Origin: Eledone cirrhosa
Lineage: Eukaryota
Length of the DNA: 64,000 bases
Direction: 5' to 3'
NCBI GenBank assembly: GCA_964016885.1
Contig: OZ024743.1
Coordinates: 214,210,001 to 214,274,000 of the forward strand
Of this stretch, positions 1 through 13,985 are shown piece after piece. The notes under the pieces were generated by a model. The model was not told the origin of the DNA, ran no database searches, and worked only from the letters and a program-made list of their open reading frames with translations. Position numbers and translations under genes: made by a program. Every line of letters starts with the position of its first letter. The stretch's first letter is position 1.

Positions 1-1352
1 TAAAGAGCCCATTTATCTTACGAAAAATAGAAATAATGAACAATTCACATTTTATATTGAATAGACATAACGAAAACCGTACAAAAAAATTATCATGATT
101 CAAGAAAAATGGAGTAGCGATGTGTTCGGTTAGGTTTGTACTTCAGCTTTGAAAGTTATATATCATATTTCCAATCGTAATTTAGTTACAGCAGTATTAC
201 TATTGTATTTTTGTCTCATATAAGAGAAGCATAGTATAAACACAATAGTATAAAAGCTTCATAGGTGTATTTCTTGACAATTGTTTCAAAAGGATAACGG
301 GAAGATAAAATCAAGTAGAAGAGAGAACATTTTATTTTGTTTCTAGGTGTGGTATTTATGGCTCTATACAAACTGACGGGTGAATAAAGGAGGTGGGCTT
401 CCTTCTTCAGTTCATATGCATAGCTAATTTTCTTCTATCCGTTTCACCTGTACTTCAAATGGCCTGAGAAAAGCATTAATATTATAACACCCATTTACAC
501 CTAGTGACGTCAAAAAGACTAATCAACCACACGAGAATACTGTAGATAGAGAAAACTGAAGACGTTGGTGATTGACTCGATATATTTCCCCTGTGTGGCA
601 AATAATGTTTTCTTTAATTTCTGTTGAATGCATTCAGAATACCAATTATCTATAATTGAATTATTTTTGTATCTTTCGAACAAAAGATTAAAGAAAATTA
701 TTGTCTTCAATAAAAAAACAAATAAATAAAAACAGAAACTTAAAACAACTATGAAACAAGAAATATGATTAGCTTTCTAAGATAATTGTTGATATATTTA
801 AATGCTTCTTCAGAATGAATTCTTCACAGTTTCAAGGAAAAATAACCATGTTCTTATTATTACCACGTGATACCTCAATTTTCCTCGTTAATAATAACTG
901 AAGCATTAAATTCTTTTGACAGAGCTATTTCTGTTAAATGGCCAAAATATTATTTTTGCGATATAATTGAAGTCATTAGTCAATACGTTGCAAAAATGGA
1001 TATCGGATAATCATTTATGTTTTAACGATTATTTGTTTCCTAATTTAAAGCATGGTTCAATGTAATAATCAAAATTCATAAAAAGCAAATACGAGAACAA
1101 AGATACTTCTAGACACACAGTCACATACATAGGCACATACATAGATACACGGAATCACTCGTATATGCAGGCCAAATGTGTCGATAAATATACCTAAACG
1201 TGTAAAACTAAGTTGAAGTAAAAAACTTCAAGTGAATATGAAGCACATATCCTACTGTGTAAATTCATTATCGAACGTCTACATTTTGCCTCTGTTATAT
1301 TCGAAATTCGATACATATGAAGATGTAGGGGACTACATGAAAATATTATTAT

Positions 1353-1466
<114 letters not shown>

Positions 1467-2700
1467 CAACTGAAAGCGTTGATCTCTTACGCGTTTTATA
1501 CCAATAAATATATGAATTTATAGGCTTATATATTTCTGTAACATTCAAACCCATCTTACGTTTATTAGCTGAGTACCTTCAATACGTCTCTCGATACACC
1601 TCGATCAAAATTATTATTTGAAACTATTTCATTTATTCTATGAATAGTTATAACATGTAAACATGCATATAATTCACCACGTCAAGACCTCATCTTAGGA
1701 TATTTTAGCCTTCCTTTATTTGAAAGAAAATGAAGATCTATTTGAATTCTATGCATGTTGGTTATAAATCAATTTGTTTGAGGTAAACAGTTGATAATAC
1801 GAATTTAGTCCTAAACTGATTGTTTGAAGATTTTATAATTCTTCAGATATTGGAAAGAATATACATAAAATATGTATATTGAATACCAAACATATTTTAA
1901 ATTGTATAGTTTCGAAATATGCAATTCTTATTAGTTGGAAGAACATATTATGGCACTGAAGTAGAAAGAAAATATTTTTGGTGTACTAAATAAAGGATTT
2001 ATATATTAATATCATGAAGGATGTAATTGTAGGGTGAAATGAAATAATACTGGAATATAATTGTATCCCAACCTTTCACTCTTAATCGTGTTGAGAAGAA
2101 ACCCAGTGACGGGTAATCGGAAGAATAATTGAATGATAGTTAGATAATGGAAAACCCATATATGTTATATGGAATCAATGTTAGTATATAGTTCTTCCTT
2201 TTGCTAGGATGTTACACCAACCCTTAGTTTCTGTTAGTAGCTGCAATGTGCATGAGACGTTTAACCGATAGTTGTAAATAGTGTTACGATTAGTATGCTG
2301 TACTATCGGTGTTTTGGTAATTGGTGTCAAATATATGATTTGAACATGCATAATTATTGTGTGTTCTCTTGGTATGCGAATATATTATCTATGATATTCT
2401 TCTTTAGTTAGTGATCTGTTCTAGGGGAACCGATATACGAGGAAATTAATTTGAGATGTGAGCGTTCCAAATTCTCCTGAATAGTTTATCTATTTTTAAA
2501 TATGATCTTGTTCCATCGGAACTGTTGGGGAAGGTTTTGCAGGTATACCAATTTGATCAAAATGGAGGTCCTTATAAGAATGTCGCATTTGCATTAGGAT
2601 AAATTGTGCGTACTCTCATATCCTCTATTCATCACAGTCAAAAACTGGATTGACTGGTGGGCGTACAATGTGTCCACTGGGATTTTCTGACAACATGATA

Positions 2701-2863
2701 ATTGTTTCTACTTTTCGGCACAAGGCCAGCAAATTACCCAGTACATTACTGGTACTTTATTTTATCGACCCCGTAAGGATCAAAGGCAAAGTTAACCTCG
2801 CGGGATTTGAACTCAGATCATAAAGGTACATAACTATGCTAGAAAGCATGGCGTCTGACCCTT
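2701..2863 (-). mobile_element. tRNA-derived SINE with Nin/Deu-type central domain
   Basis: Minus strand has B box GAGTTCAAATCC followed by GCCTTTGATCCTTACGGGGTCGATAAAATAAAGTACCAG; near-identical to copies at 27936 and 39381. Confidence 0.9.
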
Positions 2864-4084
2864 TCATACCTTGGAGGGCAATCTCCATTATGCACTAGAC
2901 AGATCTGTTGTTGAGTGCTGCCCGTTAGGAATAAAAATCAGTTATGCGAAGACAGACAATCGCCCTCAAAAATAAATCTGCGTAGTTCATTCCATTGAAA
3001 CTTGTATGTAATTTCAATTATCCCCGGGCCGTTTTCATAAGAGGTATAAGACAGGACACTGATATAAATGTAAGAATTTCAGGACCTGGTAATCAAAAGA
3101 GAGGTGGGCGTAAAAGCGACACTCGTTCAATTATTTTTTCATGCTTACTGTTATGTATTGTCATGAATCTTGTTTAATTACCGAAAGAACACGATCGTGA
3201 ATTCAACCGACCGAAATTGGATTAATGTTACTCGTTATGGTGTGTAGCTTGATCATCAGATAGCTTCAGTTCGAGCAATTACTTTTGATAATCGAGAGAT
3301 CAATGCTTAAATAATACAGACAAGAAGCTAAAATGTCTCCGGAAAGAATCGCACGAGAAATTTTATGAGATCCAGGGATAGACTACGAGTATGATATTTG
3401 GATAACATCCATATGCTCGCTTGATATTTCCTCGGGTTCCAGCTGGATCAATTAGAGTCGGTTTCTTCAGATAGGACAGGCTGGAAGGTGGTACTGAGAG
3501 CTCAGTACCCGTGACCATTCCAATAATAAGCGAACGAACAAGAAAAGAAAATGGAAAGCAATATGATAACGTTTTTGACAGAAACTCCACTGAGGTGTTC
3601 TTTGATTCCATTAATTTAAATAAAAGTAGTTTTTAAAGTCGTCATATTTAAATTTAAACTCTAAAACATAGTTCCTGTTTATATGTTTCACCTTTTAGAG
3701 AGAGATATGCTAAGATTAATGCGATAGCTAAATGAGGAAGCACACATTATTACAATGGAGGCTGGTATTTCTTGAATTTGATGAAAATTACAACTGACAA
3801 GAATTCTCAAAATGACAATTACCAAACTGATTACCAAATGTCTGAGAAGTAAAATTAGTAAATACATATTTGTAGTTTGAATTAATTCATTTGTATTACC
3901 CAACTGTGTATGTATCTAAGGAGTTGCGTCCATCAGGCATTTAAATACAACGATCATGTCGTAGTTGTCGAACTCGTGTGCTTCTCTGAACCATGAAAAA
4001 TCACATTGTTGATTCTCCCTATAGAACAATATAATTTAATAATATAAATTACATCAACATCTACAGCAGAAATGCTGATATTAA

Positions 4085-4312
4085 TAATCGTTTCTGATTT
4101 GAACACATGGCCAACAATTTAAGGGGAGTGAAAAAAACGTTAAATCGACCCCAGTGTGTTACTTGTAATTTATTCTATCGACCCTGCAAGGATGAATGGC
4201 ATACCTCCTTACCTAACATCTGCATGAAATTAACCGATAACGTAAACTGACATAACTATAAGCCACAATGCATTTTGTCCGATGCTCTACCGACACTGTC
4301 AATCTACCGCCC
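4085..4312 (-). mobile_element. Diverged tRNA-SINE (same superfamily)
   Basis: tatcgaccctgcaaggatgaatggca core; ends ...gtcaatctaccgccc like the 5' head of the 39381 copy. Confidence 0.75.
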
Positions 4313-4645
4313 TAATATTAATAATACAAACAATATTTTATAATGATATGGGCGACTAGAGAATTGATATGAGACAAGTAACATACAAAATGCGTTGAAG
4401 CCTTACTTTGATATCGAAATTGTGCTATATAGAGAACGGAATATCCCTTGACTAGGAGGTTTTCTAAGGTCAATGAAAAATCAGTAATTCATTTGCGCAC
4501 ATAATTTCTGCATTAATCCAACTTGTTTGCCATCTTGAATATAATATGTGGATGGTAAGATCTGGCTTGGGTAACGAGAAATGTTAAAGGCAAGAGAGGG
4601 AATGTGTGTGTTTGTCTAAATTGAAGTGGTTAAATAGAGACCACT

Positions 4646-4866
4646 AATAACGGGTTTTAATCTAGGCACAAGGCCAACAATTTTAGGGGATGGGAAAGTC
4701 GATCAAATCGACCCTAGTGTATGACTGGGTCTTTGTTTTGTCGACTCCGTAATGATGAAAGGCAAAGCTAACCTCTGCGGGATTTGAACTCAGAACGCAA
4801 ATGGCCGTAATTCTAAGCTGTGAAGCATATTGTCCAACGCTCTATAGATTCTGTCAATCCACAGCT
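4646..4866 (-). mobile_element. tRNA-SINE copy
   Basis: ggcacaaggccaacaa...gtcgactccgtaatgatgaaaggcaaag...gggatttgaactcag (B box on minus strand). Confidence 0.85.
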
Positions 4867-5327
4867 CTATTAGATACCATAGATAATAGAAGGATTTTGA
4901 CCAACCTAGCATGTGGCCTATCGACTGGATATGTATTATCCTATATCTAGTTTATTTGTACTTTTAATCATTGCGTCTTTGTAAATAATTATTACATGTC
5001 TTTTTTATTTAAAATTGGTAAATATTAATTATATGTTTATGTGTAATATTTCAATATTTTACCCATTCTCTCATTCAGATTACTTTATTTTGCGTCTTCA
5101 GTCGTACAAACTCATTTCCCTATGAAAATTGCGCTACTTAAACACATCTTCAATAAGTTTGCACATGTAGTCTATCAACCACTCCTTTTTAACTGGTATT
5201 TGGGGATATTATTGAGCTCACAGTCTGATCCCCTTCTTCAGCCCTTCAACCGATAAGACGCTACAAATCTTCCTTGGCCAGTTACAACTGTATGGTCAGT
5301 TACGTGCAGTAGAAAATTGTAGTTTAT

Positions 5328-5495
5328 TAATCTGTAGACAAACAGTGTGGTTAATCCATATGATCAAATGGCGTTCCACGTGTTGGCCTCCCCACTGCCG
5401 GCCAGAACGTTGGACCCCATTTGCTCACCATACAGATTAACCACACTGTTTGACATGCATTTTTCTTTAAATAAAAAAAAGGTAATCTGTAGACA
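5328..5495. mobile_element. Small hairpin insertion flanked by 13-bp direct repeats
   Basis: TAATCTGTAGACA at 5328-5340 and 5483-5495; internal inverted repeat CAAACAGTGTGGTTAATC / GATTAACCACACTGTTTG. Confidence 0.55.
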
Positions 5496-8400
5496 TGACT
5501 AAAACTGACTAAGATTAATTACCGCTCTGACGTCACTGTAGTCAATCATGATAAAATAATCAAACTTTAATTTCTTCTACCAAAGACAAGTATTGTAACG
5601 TTCTGTTCTACGAAATATTGTATGGGGTGGAGGATTTTACGTGTAGATATTCCATGGAACACACTAATTTGTATCCATTGGTTCAACAACCGGTGACAAG
5701 CCTTGTTTCAAACAAACAGAACTATGTAACAGATGCTATCTATCAGGTGAATGTCTTTGAAAGAGCTCCATCAATCGATGTTTGAATTCACATCTGATCT
5801 CTCATTGAAAAGATTGCTGGCAAACACTAGCGATAATATCTAGGATATAAACAGAACATTCGTACAAGAACGACTGGCGCTCAAATGTTCAACATATCCA
5901 CTAAAATTCTTTTCTTTTTCTCAAATAGGAAAAGAACAAAATTACCAAAATCTACCGTATTTCAACCATTATACACACGGAATTTGTAGCTAGTTTACAT
6001 CTGGAAAAATATATCAGATATATTGCGATAATGATTGCTAAGGATATATAAAATTATGCCCGTGTTGAACACTCATTAATTTAATTTGAATCCACCTCAA
6101 ATATAGTAAATAGATAAATACGACACAGATATCCGATCATTATAATGCTTTCAGTAAACAAGTTTATAATCATTACATAAAAATAAATTTTAATTGGATT
6201 ATTGCAGTGTGTTACACACATACTGATTTGTTAGCGATTCAGACATTTTTCAAACATCTGTTTATAGTCATTCTAATTTTGTTATGTTGGTTTTAGAAAT
6301 AAGGTCGTTCGGATTTTTAGTAGATGCATCGTGTTAAAAATGCATTACTTAACCCCATGTTATCATGCATTGTCAGATAAGAGGAAACGTATATTTCTGG
6401 TTGGATTTGAAACAAGAAAATATAATATAATCTATTCGACACGGGATCTTTTTTCAATAATATCGTATATCTGCATAAGAAATATTAAAAGAAACAACAT
6501 ACGAACAAGTAGATTATAACACATAAATTATAGATAATTTTCCAGAATTAGAACTAAGATTACAGTTTAAATTGTAGATGTAAAACTAGCAGCTGTATAA
6601 GTTTTAATATTTATACTCATATAAAGAAGGATAAAAACATATGGCTTCTTATAAGATTTCTTTGGCAATATCATATTCGAACATAATGCACATCAAATAT
6701 AAAGACCATAAATTCAGAAAATGAAGAATAACGTTTTATTAAATGCCGAGTGAATAATAAAATTGCACAATAATCCACCATGCAATATCCTATCGAAGAA
6801 TGGAATTATTGACTACGACCCAAATGTCGAATAATAACGTCGTGATACAATAAAATCTTAAAGTCTCATAAATAACTTATATTTGCTATCAGAAATTTAA
6901 AAATCTGTTACTGGGTTATTTCTATTTGATTACACGTTGCATTATGACAGTGGAAACGAACAGCAATATAGTTGGAATACTTTAAGCATGTACTCTAATA
7001 CCCTGTGTAGATTATGTTATGGGTTATTATCGTACTAGACAATTCATCTTTTCGTAGTTTCTCTGGATAAAGCATCCTTAACAAAAGGTTGCTTTTATTA
7101 TGTTACTTGTGTGAGGGATATTACAATTGCAATTCATATCTCTATAAATATCAAATATGCCGAATTTTGTTCCTTTATATCGCAGATCAACTCAGGCTTG
7201 TTGTAGTTGTAGTAGATTATTGTGAGGTTTATGAATAGAATTAGATTCGCACATAATTTCCCATACATTGATACAGAGAACAATGACATTTTGTAAATTG
7301 AAGTTTCCAACACTCAGAAACACCGTAATATGTACTAAAACATACACACACACGATAATAATCTGAAAAGCCAGTATTAACGAAACATCGATGTCACATT
7401 ACAAAAAATATGTACACACACATATATATATGTGTTTTATTTTATATATATATATATTTGTATATATGAGTTATGGGTGCAATCTTAATACATTTTCATA
7501 GAATATCGGATTAATTAGTGACGTTCATAACTCGAATTTAATTGCGCGTAGCCTTAACTAGCCCAAAATACCTCGTTGTCAAACACGTTGTTATTCAATT
7601 GCTTATCCTATTGTGTGATAACGTTACACTGAGGAGAGTTGTATAGTAACAGTGACAGTTTCTGACTTCTATTTGGCTCTATCAATGAACATCTGTTGTA
7701 CACCGGATCGTGCTACTCTAAAACGGGTAGATAAGGGAAGTCAGTCGAGCCGATCAATCTGGCTGATGGATAGCTGAATCACAAATTTCTACCTGCAATT
7801 ATCGCTCAAGGCTGAGCTGATCTACGTAATTCAACAACAATCTAAGTGGACATTGCCAGCTTGAATGTGAGAAGCTGGTGCAGGAAGATGTTTGCTCTCC
7901 GATAGATGAGGATCAAGCAACATGGACGGTCGTATTGAAAAAGCAGCTTGGATGAATTACGAAATTCTCCTTGCAAATATTCTGGAATTGCTATCCAGAA
8001 AGGATCAATTTATGGCGTTCTGTCCAGTTCATCCACCTTTTTCTCATAAGACATAATGTACAAATATCAACGTGTTAAAATGGTGGAATATTTGGTCTCG
8101 TGTTGCGCAACTGTTCAAATGATCCTAGCTAGTAACGCTATCCCTGTAGATATGACCATCTTTTCAAGACTATAGTATAAGTTATCCGCAAGAGCAGACA
8201 TATGCTCCAATTAAAAAGATCTTGTTTGTCAAAGAGTGTAAACGAACGAAAGGAAGAACGAGAAATTGCTCGGCTGGCTAATTTACAACAGCGAGACACA
8301 GGGTGGTGTGAGATTATCTGGAAGAGGAAATTACATCGAATGTCATGCAGTCCATATTCAGACCAGACATTACATTTGTTTCCTAGGTGACAAGGCATCT

Positions 8401-8924
8401 AAGTCGAGAAGACAAAATTGATATCTGGGAGGTAAACATCGATAGGAAACAGGAGTGGAAAAGTGCACTCTCCCTGTAGTTGGGGGAGAACTATCACCGG
8501 TAGGAGTAGAGTACCAGGTAGAGACTAGTGGGTGATAAGGCCGAAGGTTTGAATCTCGTTTACATAGCAAAGCTTGACGAGATCTCGACTCTTAATGGTA
8601 CAATCAAGTGAAGATACATCGGAATTATCTAGATGATTATGGCTGAAGTGACGAGACCGGCAGTGAAATTAATTTATATACACACCTTCATCCTGACAGT
8701 ACAAACCTGATTGGGTCACCATGCTGAGGGCGAAAATTGTAAGGTGCGAACAAATATGTGATATCTGGGTACAACACTGATGACATGAGAATGGCGTTGC
8801 ATATGTCAATGTGTGCGTTACACACATATAAATTGGTATGTGTGTATGCATATATGTATGTTTGTAACAATGTATATGGATGTATGAAGGTATGCATGCC
8901 TGCATTAATGTATATAAACACCCA

Positions 8925-8966
8925 CTCACACCCACACACCCACACACCAACACATACACACACACA

Positions 8967-9038
<72 letters not shown>
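8925..9038. repeat. Compound (CA)n(TA)n microsatellite
   Basis: Direct inspection. Confidence 0.95.
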
Positions 9039-9040
<2 letters not shown>

Positions 9041-9469
9041 CCATTACTTATTTTTCATAGATAGTTTACAGTGTACGCTCATGTATGATGATGATGTTTC
9101 AAACCCATAACGTATTACTTTGATACAGAAAGAGAAAAAAATAGACATCGATTTGGATATTCCTATAAAACATTTTCACGAACAAACGATAACATATGTG
9201 AAAATCAATAACGGGTATTTAAAATTATATAAATACTAAATTAAGAACATCATAATTTCCTGCCTGTTTGAGCACGGACATAAATTTCAAAAGCAAACAT
9301 GTTAACACCAACTCATCAAATCCCCTGCCAATGCAACATGAATGACTGCGATAACGGAATGAAAATTCTATTATCCTTCATAAACATTTCGGAAAAATCT
9401 CTTCTACTAAACCATATGCGCGTAGCTAGGCTAAACATATCTTAAGAAAAGCCAAATGTAAGCTAAATA

Positions 9470-9510
9470 ATTGTTTCTACTTTAGGCACAAGGCCAGCAA
9501 TTACCCAGTA
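9470..9510 (-). mobile_element. 3' end fragment of the tRNA-SINE
   Basis: aattgtttctactttaggcacaaggccagcaattacccagta matches the SINE tails at 2701 and 39381. Confidence 0.7.
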
Positions 9511-9728
9511 AGCTAAATAATGAGGCATACACATCCTTATATAATTATAGTTATATATTCAAACCAGACACAGACGCACGCACATAGACACGCGCTCACA
9601 CACATACGTGTGTGTGTGTGCGAGGGTGTGTGTGAAAGATGTTTCAATTGTGCGTGTATATATATATATATATATGCCTCTCCCCACCTTTCTCTCTCTA
9701 CACACTTATATATATATATATATATATG

Positions 9729-11123
<1,395 letters not shown>

Positions 11124-11138
11124 TATATATATATATAT

Positions 11139-11844
11139 ATGAAAAACAAGGGAAGAGGAATACTGCGTGGTTGCATATGGGTTACATATTATAAAATTAG
11201 TCCCTCATCAGTGATTTGGCAACCATCATTGGTATTTCATCGCATTAAAAATCAGATACCTCAGGTTGGTGCGAGCAATAACTAAAATAAGCTATTGGGA
11301 CAAGTGAATCGCATAAAGCGAGTGAGACAAGTAAACAACATAGAAGGAAAAGCAAACCGAGGTCGGAAAAACAGAAAGCAACATGATGGTCATCCGGTCA
11401 GCATAAACTGGGTGAATTTCATGAGCGGTCAGAAAAACAGACCGTACGCCGTGAATGAGGTGTGAGAAAGAAGGAACCCCACTACTAACAAACGGGAGGA
11501 AGTGAGAAGGGGAGAAACAGAGAGTGAGTGAGTGGAAGTGCGAGGAAGAGGTCAGTCGAGAGAAAGTGTAACTGACAGAGGGGACGAAAGAAGGTAAGAG
11601 AAACAGATAAAACGGGGGAGCAGTGAGAGAGAAAGAGAGAAACAGATAATCGCAGTCTAGGTAAATATGTATGAAAAACAAGGGAAGAGGAATACTGCGT
11701 GGTTGTACATGGGTTAAATATTATAAAATTAGTCCCTCATCAGTGATTTGCCAACCATCATTGGTATTTCATCACATTAAAAATCAGATACTTCAGGTTG
11801 GTGCGAGCAATAACTAAAATAAGCTATTAGGACAAGTGAATCGC
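11139..11844. repeat. 174-bp direct repeats (532-bp period) around a purine-rich spacer
   Basis: 11139-11312 matches 11671-11844 (atgaaaaacaagggaagaggaatactgcgtgg...gtgaatcgc). Confidence 0.92.
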
Positions 11845-12037
11845 GTAAAACGATTTATATATAAAGAATAAAACTTAACTAGTATTTAATTACGTTAGTT
11901 AATAGATATACGAATGTCTCAAATACAGAAGGAAATAGCATTTTATTACCCTGTACTGATTACTTCAGAATCATTTTATAATAAAGAAAAAAGGTATTCA
12001 TTTACCAATCGCATACCCGAAAATCTCCAATATATGC

Positions 12038-12090
<53 letters not shown>

Positions 12091-12121
12091 ACCTTCAGAA
12101 TTGCCTGATTATCGGATGCCC

Positions 12122-12319
12122 ATATATCGAATTACCCCTTGAAAAGTTGGGCTATATAATTACCACGCTAATATTTTAATTTAGTCCAGAATTAGCCACG
12201 AAACGGCTTGAGCTCTGCTGTCGGGGTCCTGAACCTTTTCCTATTACCCACTCTACTACCGAAAGAATCGAGTACTCTGGTACGTTATGGTCCACCTGGT
12301 TCCCTATCACACTTCCTCC

Positions 12320-12322
<3 letters not shown>
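12122..12322 (+). repeat. Copy of a (TA)n-adjacent dispersed repeat (probable PLE terminal repeat)
   Basis: ttagtccagaattagcc..cgaaacggcttgagctc...ccacctggttcc; also at 29081, 31983, 32873, 32962 and 48897. Confidence 0.8.
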
Positions 12323-12361
<39 letters not shown>

Positions 12362-12813
12362 GCCTACGTTTTACGAGGCACTCTAGGCACTGGATGCCAT
12401 GTGCATTATTGTAAAAACGCGCTTCATTTAGTCTTCTAAGAAACCTTGAACTGAAAGGTCTAATAACTCCTACATCTACGGATGAGCAGTGGAATTGGTA
12501 ATTCCCTTCACTTGATGCGAAACAGTTTTACAAAAGACTGTCTGGATGTTTGATAGTTATCACAATTTGGTTTGTACTTTTTCTTAATTTTATTCCTTTA
12601 ATTGAGTCTGGCAAACTGTATTGTTCATAGTTAGTATCCTATACACCCTAGCGAATCTGGTCCCTTTTAATTTGAACATATTGATGTATATAGCTGTGTT
12701 TATCTCTCTTTATTATATTAAATTATATTATACCGCTCGGACAATTTTTTCCCTGAGCAATTTTAATAATTGTAAGGGACTATTCTGAGTTTCTAACACA
12801 ATTTGTACTTTTG

Positions 12814-12860
<47 letters not shown>

Positions 12861-12863
12861 TGT

Positions 12864-12914
<51 letters not shown>

Positions 12915-12951
12915 TGTGTGTGTATGTGTGTGTATGTATATATGTGTGTGC
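12814..12951. repeat. (TA)n(TG)n microsatellite
   Basis: Direct inspection. Confidence 0.95.
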
Positions 12952-13952
12952 GTAATGGGGATTTAGATTACTATATTCCTAAGAGCAAAGAAAAGACATC
13001 GCAATCATTTCGACTTTGCTTCCTGGAGAATTGGTCAATGATAACTCGTGCAAGATATTTTAGATGAAAATTCAGTGATACGTTCCCAGGAAAGCGACAT
13101 AGAACATATTACGCTCATAACTATCAAAGAAATCTAAGAATTCCAACATTTTAACAAGCAAAGATTATAACTACTTACATATCAGCATTTGGAGCATTGG
13201 TTTTATCCCGTGAAAAAAATTCGCTATCAAAAATCATAATTGTAGTCAGCAAATTAGTGTATCGGTGCACTTGTCAACAGGTAGTCATAATAATAGCAAA
13301 CATTCATGTAATTCCTATATAGAGGCGAAGCCAGTCGGGCTGTGCGTCTGTGTTTGAGAATATCTAACTAAAACAGGTTATGATGGATATTTTGGTGAGA
13401 AGATGGTCAAAATAATAGCACGGTGCTCGGGCAATAAGGGCAAATAAAGCTATCAAATCATGTCGGGGGTGAAGTATAATGAGGATTTAGATCGATACCA
13501 TACTAAAAACATCGAATCCATCGCAATTATTTCGAGAAATTCTGAATGATAACATAGGCGACAACTTGTTATAGATCAAATCTGATTATGATACCTTCTC
13601 AGTAAGGTAGAACATATTAGGCATCGAATAGAACATAGGCTGATATCAAAGAAATTTAAGAATACTAAATATATAACAAAGACACTGTTGGAATATTTAC
13701 ATCTCAGCCACAGGACCAATGGTTATGAACCAGGAAAATATATGCATGTATATATTGAAAGTCTCGCGCAGAGCAGAGTATACCATTATAGATAACGAGG
13801 AATCACTTATGCATCAAAACACAATTTACTAACGTATTACATATGATTCTCCTACGTTCAGCTCAAGGCAGGAACTGTTACAGATCGAACCTGACTCTGC
13901 GCTCGCAAGTTCCCCAGATATGTTTTGCGTTTTTAAAGCACATATATATATG

Positions 13953-13985
<33 letters not shown>

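Noticed and set aside
330-470. Polypyrimidine tract plus AG (ttttgtttctag|gtgtgg) as a possible host exon
   Set aside because: A lone acceptor-like motif is expected by chance; no supporting frame or donor
3363-3611. 82-aa minus-strand ORF
   Set aside because: No homology cues or convincing splice context
7700-8810. Slightly GC-richer stretch with short ORFs and a CTGATGA at ~8778
   Set aside because: Possibly an ancient TE remnant, but no motif can be identified and the CTGATGA has no GAAA partner or stems
13097-13740. Highly diverged ~510-bp-period similarity (tatcaaagaaat.taagaat)
   Set aside because: Too degenerate to delimit or classify by eye
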